Origin: Mytilus edulis
Lineage: Eukaryota
Assembly: GCF_963676685.1 (NCBI RefSeq)
Contig: NC_092344.1
Span: 109,678,001 to 109,742,000, forward strand
Direction: 5' to 3'
Length of the DNA stretch: 64,000 nucleotides
The position numbers and the translations under genes were made by a program. Of this stretch, positions 1 through 15,712 are shown in pieces. The notes beneath the pieces are model-generated. The model made no database searches. It saw nothing but the letters and a program-made list of their open reading frames with translations, and had not been told where the DNA came from. The first letter of the stretch is position 1. The number at the start of each line of letters is the position of its first letter.

Positions 1-305
1 TATCAGGTATACAGGAATTTACATTTGCGATCCCTTGTGACCTGTTTCTTGCAATCAAGTATGGAATTATATTTCCAATTCGAAAGACCCATACCTTTCC
101 AAAGATGTACATGTATCTTTAGCAATGTTCGAATACACCATAGATGTAATACCAACTTCAAACGCGTAGTCATAAAACTTTTGATTACGATTATCGTATT
201 CAGATTCAAAAGCCAACCAATCAGAACACTGAATTTGGTGGTTCGTGCTGAAATTACTTCTCGGTTTACTGAGAGAATGGCTGAAATGCCTGGTAATGTA
301 TTTGA

Positions 306-647
<342 letters not shown>

Positions 648-876
648 TAACATTTGGTAAACAAATCATGTTAGATATGATAAACTTACATTTAGATACA
701 AGAAATATCAGCTTTAATTTGTTGTAATGTAAAACGAAAATTCTATTTATCATAAATGAAATTAAACAAAAGACAACAGGTTTAAGAATAGAAGCTTATC
801 TTTATAATGAATTTACCAATGCTGATGTGATAACTGAAAAGTAAAATACAGCCTTCCGATTAATTGTTTCAATTAA

Positions 877-1083
<207 letters not shown>

Positions 1084-1748
1084 TAGTGTATTGATGGACA
1101 CGTTTCTCTCTTTGCAAAGCATACTTCATTTCCATATTTTCACTGTTTTAATCAATATGTTACAAGAAGAATATCAATAGTCTTTTCAGTTTTCTTATAC
1201 AGTAAAAAAATATTCATTTGTTTACTTCTTTTTGCAAAACTTCTGGCCAAAATTTCACCTGAAGTTACAAGAATACAGTAGTTCACCAATTTTCGTTTCA
1301 CAAAGCAACTTCTTTTAGCAAACTCTTTACAATAACTAAAAGGGAGATTTTCGTTATAATCATGAATGTTTTAGAGCATTGATTCAACATAATTTGCAAC
1401 AATTTATGAGTATTAAATGAGATTATTAGTTTCATAGAAACAGCAAATTTGTTTAACTTAAAATGTCTAACAACTTTTTTTTCACTTAAAAGAAACTAAC
1501 AAATTGTGTAACTCAAGGGAACTAAGAAATTATTTTTCATTTTCTCTGGTAGCATTTTGCGCAATTGTTAGAACGAATATAAATGTAAGAAATATTCCTG
1601 TCTTGATTTAAGAATATGCTGCATTATCTTACCTCCTTTACATTTCTATGAGTATAATTGGTTGAAAGCAACCGCGTGTAGACAAAACAATTTATCAATA
1701 TAGGTTGGCCATTTAAATATTACATCGGCCATGATTTATTATTTGTAG

Positions 1749-1931
<183 letters not shown>

Positions 1932-2878
1932 TGAGTGTGGATAGTATGTTTGGATGTTTGACAGTGATTTATGATAAATGTATTTCTATGATTTTCCTAC
2001 ATGTGTTATTAACTGTGTTGCATGATGACAACCAACCTGAGCATTAGGAGTGTTGTTTATTTTATAGTTAGTTTAGTTTTTATGTTCATGACGGGCATGG
2101 AAGAGACACTAATTGCATTAGTTACCAAATGATTACGATAGAATATGTTCCACATCTTTGATTTTGGATACATTTTATAGCTAGGAGAGCAACACATAAT
2201 AGGTTCAATTTTTCGTGATTTTTTTAAATTGGGAGAGGATATCTGAGAACATGATATAAGGAGCCTGTAATTCAGTGGTTGTCGTTTGTTTATGTGTTAC
2301 ATATTCGTTTTTTCTTTATTTTTTGTACAAATAGGAGAAAGTCGAATACAGACTCAAGAAAGATTTAAGTATCGATGGTAGATTGAATTCTTGACATTTT
2401 ATAAATTATACAGTTTGTATCAAAGATTGTCAAAATGAGAAAGACCAATAAAGGGGCATTAGCTGTCAAATTCCTCTTCACCGATTTTACTCAAATTCTC
2501 ATATTTGAGTTATAACATACTAAAACTTATATTCAAATTACAAAAAGACTATTTTATATACAAGTAACAATGTATTAACGACATGAACTCGATAACATGT
2601 ATGGATAGAGAGTTGTCTCATTGACACTCTTTCCACTTATTTATATCAACATTTCGTGTGTATTTTTGTCTAGATGTCATTTAGTTAAACATCGAGACGA
2701 CCTTCAAAGAATGTCGACGGTCATGTTACCTGATATAAACATGCATATAATTATAAATAGATAGCGACCATATGCATTTGAATTTTTCTAGGTCTGTTTG
2801 ATTTCATATTATTGGTTTATAATATATGTTCGTCATCGTTTCACCTGTATAAGAATACAAATTATTATTTTCTTTAAG

Positions 2879-3145
2879 ATTATGCAGTACATATATTCCA
2901 TGATGCTTTACAAACTGGAGATTTCACCAGTTTCTTGAGACGTGACACCCGTCTTCCTATGATGTATATTGACGATTGCCTTCGTTCAGTCGTTCAGTTT
3001 ATGGAATTACCTAATAAGCAACTCAAACAACGAACTTACAACGTAACAGCGATGAGCTTTACGCCAGAAGAACTGGTAGCCGAGGTTAGAAAACATGTTC
3101 CTCACCTCAAGGCTAAATATGAAGCAGATAGCAGACAAAAAATAG
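2879..3145 (+). CDS. TDH: L-threonine 3-dehydrogenase exon
   Basis: DYAVHIFHDALQTG...RLPMMYIDDCLRS...YNVTAMSFTPEEL...DSRQKI; tttaag acceptor, gtgaa donor. Confidence 0.92.
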
Positions 3146-3671
3146 GTGAAGTATCCCCCTTCGATCTATTTCATAATAACGTCGTTAGTAAATCAGATTG
3201 ATTGATTGATTGATTAATTGATGTATGTAGGTGGTTTCGACATAATGAGATAGGGAATTATTTTTACTGGACTGGAAAGTAAGGGTTTGTTTGATAAGAG
3301 CAGCCATTTTGCCTACGCCAGATAACTTTCAGATCACTTAAAAACGTGTAGCAATGGTTTTCAAACGTCATAGATAACATGTATATAAATGTGTAGATAA
3401 CATTCATTGTACACAACGTACGGACTCGGAGTTGACGTGGCTGCGTATTTGTATATCACACAGAAAAATGGACTCCCCGCTTTATAAGTGTTTTGAGTAA
3501 AGAAACAATAGAATAAATGAAAATTATTGATTGTCAATATTGATTGATTGATTCTCTTTATTTCCTCCATTATACTGAATATTTTGTAACAGTTAATGCA
3601 AATTAGTATTTGAATAAGCATCTCATCATTTTTATCCAAAAATGAAAATGACTGATTATTTATATTTTCAG

Positions 3672-3847
3672 CCGATACATGGCCAGAAGTGTTTGACGAC
3701 TCAAATGCACGTGCTGACTGGGGATGGAAGCATGACTATGATATCAAAGGTCTCTGTGATATAATGTTTGAAAAATTACGACCAGTCTACGACACGGACA
3801 CCCATCTGGACGCTAAAGACGGAAAACAAAAGCTTACAGCAGCATAA
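3672..3847 (+). CDS. TDH: L-threonine 3-dehydrogenase terminal coding exon
   Basis: ADTWPEVFDDSNARADWGWKHDYDIKGLCDIM...LTAA then TAA at 3845-3847; ttttcag acceptor. Confidence 0.92.
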
Positions 3848-4914
3848 TGTCGGAATAAATTCAACTATATTTCAGATTGCGAAATGTGCAAGTTACCGGT
3901 AAATGGACCAATAACTCATGGACATGAGAAATGGTCGTTCTACTATTTATATAGATTTTACTGCTAAAATGCATTACAATTCTGTACATTATCGCTTGTT
4001 ATTTGTATATTTAAGGATTTGTTATTTATTATAAAATGTAAGATCAAACTTAAACGGTCCAGATTTTGGTTGTGATTTTAGTCCACAATCGTATATAATG
4101 TATGTTACAGGTCTGAAAGTACGAGAACAAGTACTACTATTTTATAAGTTGTGTATGTTCATGTGATATTGTAAACATATTGTAAACGGGATAACACTTC
4201 ATAAGTTGGTAAAATTTGTATCTGTTCTTATTTGAATCAATGATTAACTAATATATTATAAACCCAATATATCAATGACTTTTCATAAATATATAATTTT
4301 GATATAAATATTGGAAACATTTTGCAGTACATGTACGTTTTACATGTGTTTAAACATGTTTACTTAAGAGGATTACTTGTCCTAATAAAGGACTTTAGAT
4401 GTAATGCAAGTTGTTATTTATTTATGTAATTTTATCTTTCGTATTTCATCATAGTAGCAAAAATATAAACATGTTCATTGTTACATTGTATATTTTGCTC
4501 TTAATATTAAAATTTAAAACAGAAATAACATTCATTGATGCTTTGCAACATAGTTTTAACCGTTATAGTTCAGATGTGTTACCAGACAATCGCAAATTAT
4601 TTCCATTCCTTACAGACTATACTATAGGTGGAAATTATTGAAGAGATAATGCCCTCCCTTTTTGTTTGAGTAAATAAAAGCAACAGAAGTATACCGGTGT
4701 TAAAGTAAGTATTACACCAAAGTATATGATTTAGTCTTGTCTATGATGATCTATGATGTGGTTTACGTGTGAACGAGACATAACGGTTTATTGAATGTTT
4801 GTCTTTCAGTTTGTTATCATTTGTGTACTGAAAAACTACATTTTAATGCGTCTATCCAAAATCAGAGACCCCGTCGGTTTTTGTCTTAATATTCTAAGGA
4901 AAAATGAAAAGAAG

Positions 4915-5670
4915 CTAACATTAACATTATCCTAATTTCACGTCCCGCTATATATATGATGTCCTCTCACTAAATAATTTTAAGTTTGGTGACTATGTTG
5001 AACGCATCTACCATATTGATATTGAACGGGAAATAATGGATACAACAGATTCAGTCAACTCTGCTTCATATTTTGACTTTCATTAAGAAATTGTAAATGA
5101 GGATCGGTTGAAAACAAAACTTTACGACAAAAGGGATGATTTCAGCTTACCAATTGTTAACTTTCCATTTCTATGAAACAACATTCCAGTTGCACATGGA
5201 ATATACATCTTTCAGTTGATACGATATTCAAGGGCTTGTATTTCCTATAATGCTTCTTATTTAAGGGTTGCAATAAAACCAAGAATTACGAGTGGTTAAA
5301 TTGAATCATTCCTTCGTAAATTTTACGGACGCCATCATGAGTTGGTCGACCGTAATAGAATATCATTTTCACAGATGATGACGTAAAGTTCAAATGTCAT
5401 TACCACAATCGTGTCCTCTTTTCCCAAAATGAGGCATACCGAATAATTTTAACCGGGTTTGTACAAATATAAGCAACACGACTGGTGCCACGTATACATC
5501 AGGATCTACTTACCCGTTCAGAGCATCTGAAATCATCATAGAATTTTGGTGGGGTTCGTGTTGCTCGTGTTATGTTGAGTCTTTTATTATTGTTGTCATG
5601 GCTTTTTAGTTTATTTTTGACTTATGAGTTTGAATATCACTTTTTTTTTTTTTTATCTTTCTCCTCTCTT
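4915..5670 (+). mobile_element. Degenerate Penelope-like retroelement RT 3' fragment plus family 3' tail
   Basis: Decayed TKLYDKRDDFS..IVNFPFL..NIP..SQLIRYSRAC; collinear with the better copy at 28504-29188. Confidence 0.8.
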
Positions 5671-6189
5671 TCACTTCTTCATTTTCTGATTTATGCATAC
5701 CCTGTAGGCACACACAATCTCTATTCTTGATAAGTTCATTCAACACACTCAGTTTTGATATTACTTATATTTGTATGATATAAAATTAATTCATTAGATT
5801 GTCGTTTTCTGCTTCAGTAAGCTACAATTGCCTTTAACGCATACCTACCTTGACGTTTGGAATAACTTACTTAACACAGTTACTCTACTTGTACATCAAA
5901 ACCCAAAATACAAAGCATGCTTGAGAGCTTGTTTTATCTTAAATGTGGAACTCATTTCCCAACCTTTATGCAAATGCTTTAAACCTAATGGTACAGAAAC
6001 ACATGGCAGCTTTAAGACCTGATCAGCAAAACTTTCACTACAACATTGTGTGTTTTTACTCTCCCACTCCTCAAAATAATGGAATCAACCTTTGATGATA
6101 AAAACAAAACTATCAATCCTCTGAAAAAGAATTTACTCTAGGAAAGTTTTTCAAAACTCCTCCAATCTCTACTACTTATACATCGAAAT

Positions 6190-6370
6190 TGACGTACTAA
6201 AGCAGTCATCTAGTACCAGAATCTATGACAAACGAGACGATAATGATATTGAAATTATCAATTACCCACACCGTAGTAACAATATACAAAGTTCACATGG
6301 GTTATATACATTTCGCATTTGGTATTCAAGAGCTTGCGGCTGCTACTCAGATTTTATAAAATGTCATTAA
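6190..6370 (+). mobile_element. Degenerate Penelope-like RT fragment (different subfamily)
   Basis: STRIYDKRDD..IEIINYPH..NI...YSRAC.CYSDFIKCH remnants. Confidence 0.6.
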
Positions 6371-8006
6371 TTACGTGTTATAGTATTTTTTTAATTGTCT
6401 TTGTAAACGATTCCTTTTACTCTTTATAATCTATTCTAGGTTATATTCACTAGACATGGCTCGGTTCTTATACATTCTATCAATGCGTTATTGTGCTATG
6501 GTAAATTTTCGTATTCTTGTCTTTCGATTTTACTAAAATGCTTTGTTCATATGCTTTTTTGTTTTTCATTGTTTACATATTTGTTTGTTTTTCTGTAATA
6601 AAGATTATAACATATTGCTGTACCCCTATTATTGACATTTTTACCTTTTATGTCTGTTTGTTTTGTTGTCACATTGTTGTCAGTATAACGGAATTTTATG
6701 CGACTCATATAAATGAGAGGCTTAGCTAGCTATAAATCCAGGTTCTATCCACCGTTTCTACATCAGAAAATGCCTGAATATGACGGTTGTTATTCATTCG
6801 TTTGATGTGTTTGAGCTTTCGATTTTGTCATTTGATCAGACAACCGTTTTGAACTTTTCCCCTGGAGATCGGTATTTTGTTATTTCACTTTTCACTACAA
6901 TTTACAGGATCATATGTTCATATAAGCTCATCATAGATATTTGCACTTAGCGTTCCTGGTTAAGCTAAATCCAGAAAAGCGCTTGGGATGCACGAAATTT
7001 ATAAAATTTTATTTTCATTAATAGCACTGGATCGATACTTCTGCTATTGGGCTGGTTTACTAAAAAAAACCTGTTGAAAGATGTAGAAATGTGAAAAATA
7101 AATTAAAAAAAACCTAAAATTCTACTTCCCTTATGGAAATTTCACCGTAGCTGAATTTTACTTTACTTTTTATGCCCCTTTTGATCATTACGATACTTAC
7201 ATTTCTTCGTTCTTATACATCACTGCTTTTCAATGATTTGGTTCGAGTTATAGGGGATTGTTAACTTTAACAGTATAAATTTATCTGCAATATTTGCAAA
7301 TTCCGACAATCAATGTCTCTTCCGTGATGCTGAGACATACATTACTAAATATCATAAATTTGTATAAACCCTATAAATAGCTGATAAAACCAAAAAGTAT
7401 CAAATGTGAATACAAACAACGTACAAGAAAATAAAATTATGAGGGTAATGCTTTCAATAGTTTAAAATGATTCCCCACAATTAGATAAATGCAAGTGCTT
7501 AAACCAATTCCCTTCTCATATTAATGACCATTGTTTAAGAGTAACGTTTGATGTATCAATTTGGAAAACCAACATAACGCGTCGTCAACTAGATGCTACA
7601 TAATTTTGGTTGAGACACTTAAAAGAAAATATGGAATTTCTGTTATACGAATATTTATTTCAGATATTAATATATTAAATTGAAATGCAATACTGGTATG
7701 AAATTGAAAACGGGAAAAGGGAATTTGTCAAAGACACAAATAACCCGACCAAAAAGCAGCAAACAACCCAAGTCCACAAATGGGTCTTATAGTTTGTTAA
7801 CGTTTATTATTCAATTTAAAATATTACCTGAAAGGAATAACATGCATGGCCAAAATACTACATAGTACTATAGACCTCATTGACAATCAGGACTTGAATC
7901 CTCGGATAATAACATATACATAAAAAAGCAAATAATTCAGCACATTCATGGTCATAATAAATTGGTAGAGAGGAAATGGTATTTGGCATTAAAATCTATA
8001 AATATT

Positions 8007-8584
8007 TCAACAAAACCAAATGTTTGTATGTTCAGGATGGACACATTTATAATACAATATCTGGACAATAATCTGAATTACCATACATGAAGGTACTGAA
8101 ACGATTACGGCGAGGTAAACCCATTCTCTTTTATGATGTGTAAAGTATGTCCATAGTGTTAACATGATGACGTTTTCTACAAATGTTACAAAATAATAAA
8201 ACATAGTTCTGTATCGAGTTTTACCCTTCTGTACATTTTGGAAACAAAATATCAATACATATCCAATTACAATATAATGAACAATTTTATCTCTCATTTT
8301 ATCATACATTTCTTGATTCTGACGCCCAACCCAAAGTGACATTAAGATCCAATGAATACATGTTGCTACAAGCATGTGGTAGCCAAACTGAGCTGCAGAC
8401 AGTGATAATAGGATTATTCTTGGTGCAACTTCACAGGATTTCCAGATATAGTAGAAAATCACTCCTAAGAGGGACAGTTTCCTTTCCTTTCTATTATATG
8501 ATAATCTGAGTGCCTTTTGATAAGATACCAACGACCAGGATACTCCAATACCAGATCCAATCATTGCTGCAGGTCGAACGATTT
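8007..8584 (-). CDS. XK-related protein (Xkr/CED-8 family scramblase) paralogue 1, exon 3
   Basis: VSWSLVSYQKALR...WKSCEVAPRI...IFCFQNVQKGKTRYR...YYFVTFVENVIM...LYYKCVHP (XK-related C-terminal domain); ttgtag acceptor. Confidence 0.9.
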
Positions 8585-10035
8585 CTACAAGATAAAAACA
8601 AAGTAATGCTAAATAAACTTTTTCTAGATTTGGATAGTTCGGTCATTACCCGGGAATGTAAATGCAAATATATACGACAAAAAAGAGATGTTCCTTTGCG
8701 TTATTGTTAATTTTCCTTTTTTGACGGATTTCTTCTGTTTGCCAATATTTTTGGTGTGTATGTTTCCCACCTAGATCGCTATGGCCATGTATTTAGTCAG
8801 ACGTTTAAAATGAACGAAATTTTTATTCAGTTCAATCATTCAGCCTTTGATTCGTAATGAATTACGTTTAACTTTTACTTAATTCTTTTACATATACAAA
8901 CAATAGGTTTGGAAATTTGGCTGTACTTTTATAATTTTTATTTTAAACGGGCCATTCCATCCGTATTCTCATCGTGATGTTGTATAAACATTCTGTTTAA
9001 TTTAGATACGATTATTCTCAACGCATTTATCCTTTAAATAAACTTACTGTTAAATGTAACTATCACGATAACACAGTAGTAAAAACTCTGCGCATGATGT
9101 TATTGGTAACTACTAAAATTAATCTTGTATTTTTATTAATTGACGCATACCTCATAAGTTTTGATAAACAGTAATAAAAACTTATGGTTTACATTCTGTC
9201 GATTCTATGTACTATGAGTATTCTTAGATCGGTCATTTGTATCTTGTATCTTTGTGTTAGTCTTTTTTTCGTTTCATGCAAATATGATGGGTCAAGCCAT
9301 TTCCAAAGGATTTCTACAGTTTGCAGTTATATTTGTGCTGTGCAAAACTAGGGGTGTAAGTATAGATACCAAAACATTTTACCACTTTTCATTCTGTATG
9401 AAAGAGGAACGAAAGATACCAGAGGGAAAGTCAAACTCATAAATCGAAAATAAACTGACAACGCCTGGCTAAAAATGAAAGAAGACAAACATATAGATGA
9501 AACTGCCCTGTAGTTCAATGATTGCGATGTTTGCTGTCTGTCAGATTAGGTTTTTTTTTATTGGGTTTTCACCATTGCCGAAGACCGTCCGGTGACCTTT
9601 TATTGTGTAAGCCATATCATTTAAACTTTGGTAGTTAATTGTCTGATTGGCAATCATACCTGCTTTTTAAATGTTTAAAGTCGGTCATTCTTAAAACTAC
9701 CCCTATTCCAAAAAGAAAATGTTATTTCGACTTCTTTCATTTCGCGTTTATCGCAAATCATATGGTATATATAACAGAACGACCCATTTAAAATTTGATT
9801 ATTTTGTTTTTTCCACACATCCCTTCTTGTTACAGACCATTGTTTTTCATACATATTACTATATACACAAATGTTATGAATATGTCTTGCTAGATTTCTT
9901 GTTTACCTCAGGTACTGGTCGCTGTTATACTAAGACATGATTGAACAGGAAGTGGGTTTTTTGTCGTTCATATTTACGAATAGAGTTATGAGGGACAACA
10001 AATCTATCATAAATCACAAATGTATACAATCTTAC

Positions 10036-10244
10036 GCATCATTAATCCATCAGTATTAGCTTCTGTCATTATGATATATATCTGTAAAACTAACTGTGGA
10101 GCAGATTCTAGGAAAGCTTCAATCATCCTCAACATGGCAGCATCTGCATTTTCACATAAAACCATTTTATAGAAATAACGTCTTTCACTTTCAGACAATG
10201 ATCTTGATTTGCTTTTAAATCCGTAATGCATATATTCCACATTT
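10036..10244 (-). CDS. XK-related protein paralogue 1, exon 2 (209 bp)
   Basis: DAAMLRMIEAFLESAPQLVLQIYI, the hallmark XK-family ESAPQ motif; AG/GT boundaries. Confidence 0.9.
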
Positions 10245-10502
10245 CTATAATGAAAAGAATGCGTCATAATATCATTAACACATGTGAAAACGATATATTT
10301 TAAAGTAAACAAATAACAAAAAGGGCAGTACAAACGAGAAGAATGAAAACACATAAGTAAATTGACATGTTATAATTATGCTTCATAAAGGTTATGAGGG
10401 CTTTGAATATGTTTAAGTTTAGACTTTTTTTATTTTTGCCACCAGTCAACACAAAGAAAGCGAAACGAGAAAAGTATAAAAAAAAGCATACAACTAACTT
10501 AC

Positions 10503-11068
10503 CTGACAACAGGTCCAAGCATAAAAGGTAAAGAAAAAAACCCTCTTAAAAACCACACTAGTTTCTTTGTATGCTTTTCGCTCTTCTCTTCTTTGGAATA
10601 GTCATTACAGTACCAGGAGATATTGATGGCATTTAATACCAGATGAGGAATGATGATAAACGATATAGTAAATACAAACGGAATCCATCTTTGAAACCGA
10701 TAATATTCTTCAGCAAGAACCACGTCTGAAATCACATCAAATAAGAAAAAGACTATTGACAAAACTGCTGCAAGTAAGTCTATGCAACGGAACGGAAAGG
10801 GATATTTCTCAGAACTGGAATATTCAAACGATGAGTTATTTCTACAGGATCTTTTCAGATTGTCTTCATTGATATCTTTATCTAACGTTGAACCACTTCC
10901 ATCTATGCCATCAACTAATATAAGTGGACTGTTTGTATCAATAATATATGGTTTAGGCTGCCTACAATGTGGTCCATCAACATCGTCTTGTCCCTCTGTA
11001 TTATCTCCATTCTCATCACCGGCTTCATATTTCCCCCTTCTATCGTATGGAAACTTTCTGCTTACCAT
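10503..11068 (-). CDS. XK-related protein paralogue 1, exon 1
   Basis: ATG at 11068; acidic N-terminus then FDVISDVVLAEEYY...GPVVR; gtaag donor. Confidence 0.88.
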
Positions 11069-13651
11069 TTTGTCATTACAATTATTTTCTTACTCTTTTG
11101 TCTAAGATTATCACCAAATTGACCAGCATTTTATCGTCCAAAAATAAGAAATATCTATGGAATTCGGATTGGCAGAATGAAGGTCACAAAACTTATGTTG
11201 ACTTGCATGGAGTCACCGCCTTCTTTTGTTTCATTCATATCTAAAAATAACAAGATGTGTACTATGATAGCTGCTCATTTAAACATCCTGCTTAACATAT
11301 CAATGTCATCAATAGACTGGTGTATAATTGTCTTTGGTACTAGTATTTTAAAAACAGTTTTAATTAAAAGTAAACAGTTTTGTTGTCTTAATTGCGACTA
11401 ATGCTGCGTAATCATAATATTTAGAAATCAATTATCATTTATAGTTAAAAGACACATTAAAAGCAGTGATGTTTGTGTGATTTAATTACCGGAAACGATT
11501 ACGCTAGTATGGCCCAATTGTGGATTTCCTTCGGGTCAGTCATTTCATATACTAAAATAAGATATCTTAAAAATTGCTTAGTTTAAACATATTGTATTTG
11601 CAAAATTAGCAAAAGGGATTGGACACAAGATATAAAAACGCACGTTAGCGACGTCCTCTCCCTATTTGAATTACTACACAATAATACTATATATCGAGCT
11701 ATATATATACATATATGTATATGCTCGGAAACGGGCCCTTTAATGGAATTAAATAAATATTCTTATTCTGATTATTTTTATTTAAAAGTGGCATGCGTCT
11801 CTTATCATGAAAATTAAATAACATAAGCAGTGCCAATTTTACCCCACCAAATATGTTACCGAGATAAATTCAAAGAATAGTACTCGTTCAAAATGACATC
11901 ATACCTTTCTTTAAACACAATTTATACAAGATAATTAGGGGAATCCTAATCGATCTCTTGCTTCAAAATGTATATTTTACCACGAGGTTAATGTGTAAAT
12001 CATCTTAATTTCTACTACATGCACACGTTCTTCTATATATATATGTTGCGTTAATGGCAATACTTTAAAAGTTCAGAAAGTGATTAGTTATTTATATACG
12101 TAAATATCTCGATTACAGAAATGAGATTTTATCTTCGTAATTAATTTCATTATGTTGTATTCATTGTAATAATGTACTGAAATATGGACCGAAGTCAATT
12201 ATTAGTATTGTAATTGTGGTTGTACCAATAAAATATTTGTATTTGTATTTGTATTTGTAAAAATGCAATTCAAGCCTTTGTCTTTTGCCATGGTATTGTC
12301 TGTTTTAGTCGACTAATGTTTATTTTTATTGACACCTTGGTGTTTTTCTCCCTCTGAGCTAATTCTTAACAAAGCAATCCAAACTGAACCGGTCCGTTAG
12401 TACTAATCTGTTCTTTCTTAAATTTTCACTTCATAAATGAAATGTTATAAACACTTTCAAAATGTCGTGCATTTGAAGCGCATTTCTGTATTTTCTTTCA
12501 TCCAAATCGCTCAAAAAGCGCATTTGAAAGCCATGTATGATTAAATACGATGTAATGTAAGCATTTATATGACAAAAAAATAAACCAGTAAATGAACATA
12601 CCTTAAGTGAGTTGTTCATTGTGAAAAGTATATAGATATACTATCAATTGTAATAATATCAAAACTTATATCAGATCTGTAATTATCCGTAATGAAAATT
12701 ATATTGTCATTTTTATCAGGTTTATTAAATAGGACAACAGTCATTAAGTGATTAGTTATATGTAATTCAGTATACTAAATTGTTGAGTTCATTGATCACC
12801 TATGTCTTAACGTTTGCATTTGCTAAAAATGAGCAATTTCATCATATTTTCAAACTAATAACATATACATCAATAACCCTAAATGAAATTAAAATCATCC
12901 AAAAATTCATATAAAAAAAAATCTGAAATCCATCCAATGTGAATACGTACGATGCATGTGTTTTTATTTTTCATTTCAGACTTTGTTCTCAACAGTTTAT
13001 GAGGAAAAAAACCAAGATAGATAACAAAATCTGCGTTCATCCTGCAAAGTCAGGAAACATGTTTTATATTGAATAAGATTGATTATAATCTAAAACTAGT
13101 TTGTTTTTAATATCAATTGATTGGAAACGAATTGTTCTTTATTTTGAAATCTCTTTCACCCAATGACTTAAAAATTAAACTTGTTTTTAGATCAGCTTCA
13201 ATGAGAGGAATACTGATACTACATTCGTTTGACGTGTTAGAGCATTTGATTTTGCCATTTGATTAGGGACTTTCCGTTTTAAATTTCACTCATAGTTCAG
13301 TAATTTTGTGATTTTACTTTATACTATCACCAGTTCTTCAGTTTTTATTATGCATTGGTTGATCATCGCAGCGTCACTGCCCCTTAATTCAATAGTGGTC
13401 CTTTTATTACTGTCATACATCACACTTGTCTTTTATCTGACAGATTATTTGATAAAGGTAAAAAGATATTCCAATGTATCACTAAAACATAGTCTTAAAT
13501 ATACCCATGCAAAAAGATGGGTACATAATTTATAAAGATACCATTAAGATCTGATCATTTATAATATGATAAGTTACCAATGAAGGTAAGAAGCAGACAA
13601 AAACAAAAGGACAACCATATAAATCACAAGTGATAGAAAAGCAGAAAAAGA

Positions 13652-14395
13652 ACTAGAGGCTCACCTTGGTCTGTGAATATTAAACAATGGACACAGATGG
13701 ATTCATGACAAAATTGTGTTTTGATGATGGTGATGTGTTTGTAGATCTTACTTTACTAAACATTCTTGCTGCTTACAATTATCTCTCTCTATAACAGTAC
13801 TTTCTGTGGAAAATGTTATTGAAAATCTTCAAATTTTAAGAAAATTGTTAAAAATTGACTATGAAGGGCAATAACTCATTAGGGGGTCAATTGACTATTT
13901 TGGTCATACTGACTTATTTTTAGTTTTTACTTTGCTGTACATTATTGCTGTTTACAGTTTATCTCTATCTATAATAATATTCAAGATAACAAAAAAACAG
14001 CAAAATTTCCTCAAAATAACCAATTCAGGGGCAGCAACCTAACAACCGATTATCCGATTCATCTGAAAATTCCAGGGCAGATAGATCGTGACCTGATCAA
14101 CAATTTTACTTCCTGTCAGATTTGCTCTAAATGCTTTGGTTTTTGAGTTATAAGCCAAAAACTGCATTTTACCCCTATGTTCTATTTTTAGCCATGGCGG
14201 CCATCTTGGTTGTTTGGCCGGGTCACCGGACACATTTTTTAAACTAGATACCCCAATGATGGTTGTGGCCAAGTTTGGTTAAATTTGGCCCCGTAGTTTC
14301 AGAGGAGAAGATTTTTGTAAAAGTTAACGACGACGGACGACGGACGACGGACGACGCCGGACGACGACGGACGCCGGACGCCAAGTGAGCTAAAA
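13652..14395. mobile_element. Non-autonomous Helentron-derived (HINE-type) element
   Basis: Terminus ...gtgagctaaaa, (GACG/GAC)n microsatellite near the end, A/T-tract insertion site; interrupts an older repeat. Confidence 0.65.
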
Positions 14396-14714
14396 TGAAT
14401 TTAAAACATTCTACAAATCACTACTAAGAAGACAATAGAATGACAAATACCAACCCAACCAAAACAGGGGTGATCTCAGGTGATCTTGAAGAGTAACTAA
14501 CTGAAGTAAATATAAAATAGACTTTACAAACTCATTCATTTATGCTGTGATTAGAACAATACAAAGTGAATTTATTGAAATATTTAGTCAACAATGACAA
14601 TGCTAATTAGGAAACTTATTATGTTGGGGATAACTCTTTAAATTTATTTAATTCTTATATTATATTCTTAGCAGGAATGAAATATTAATTGAATAACCAA
14701 TACATATGTTTTAA

Positions 14715-15331
14715 TCATTCATTTAATGATTGTTTAGATGGTCTATTGTTTTGACATAATACAATTTCTTTATGGCTTGGATGAATTAATTTATAATACA
14801 ATAACTGGACCATTATCTGAAGGACCATGAACGAAGTGACAGTACCGATAGCAGCAAGATAAAACCATTCACTTTTATGTTGTGTAAAATATGCCAACAG
14901 TATTAACATAATGATGTTTTCTGAAAATGTTACAAAGTAATAAAACATGGCTCTGTATCTGGTTTGTCCCTCTTGCACATTTTGGAAACAAAATATCAAA
15001 ACGTATCCGATAACAATATTAAATATCCATTTATCTCTAGAAGTTTTACTCATCATTTCCTGCTTTTGACATCCTAACCAAATTGACATAGCAAGCCAAT
15101 GAATACCTATTGCTACTAGCATATGAAAACCAAACTGAGCTGCAAATAATGCTAACACTATCGTTCTAGGTGCAGCTTCACAAGCTCTCCATATATAGTA
15201 GAAAATCACACCATATGCAGATAGGCCCTGTTCCTTTATATTATGTGAGGCTCTGAGGGCTTTGTGGTAGGATACCAACGTCCAGGAGACTCCGACCCAA
15301 GATCCAAACATGGCTGCTACTCGAACAATTT
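14715..15331 (-). CDS. XK-related protein paralogue 2, exon 3
   Basis: WVGVSWTLVSYHKALR...WRACEAAPR...FCFQNVQEGQTRYR...YYKLIHP. Confidence 0.9.
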
Positions 15332-15519
15332 CTACAAAATATTATGAAATCATGAAATAACAGTAAAGACATATTATTTCATCTAGAACTACATTACATC
15401 TTTACATTGACAATTTTTTTGTCGGTTATCAGAAAAGTTTTTCATATCCTGTATTAACCACACAGATCGGGTATATGCTTACACTAAAGATTTCGTATTA
15501 AAACGATTTCATTTTTTTA

Positions 15520-15712
15520 TTAAATAAGGCCGTTTGTTTTCTCGTTTAAATTGCTTTACATTGTCATATCGGGGCCTTTATAGCTGACTATGCGGTATGG
15601 ACTTTGCTCATTGATGAAGGCCGTACGGTGACCGATAGTTGTTAATGTCTGTGTCATTTTGGTCTCTTATGGACAGTTGTCTCATTGGCAATCATACCAC
15701 ATCTTTTTTTTA
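15520..15712 (+). mobile_element. SINE 3' fragment (same family as 33471-33926)
   Basis: Near identity to the 3' half of 33471-33926, ending tcattggcaatcataccacatctttt. Confidence 0.75.

Noticed and set aside
2020-2045. C/D box snoRNA (atgatga...ctga) in a TDH intron
   Set aside because: Boxes are only 8 nt apart, with no terminal stem or guide region.
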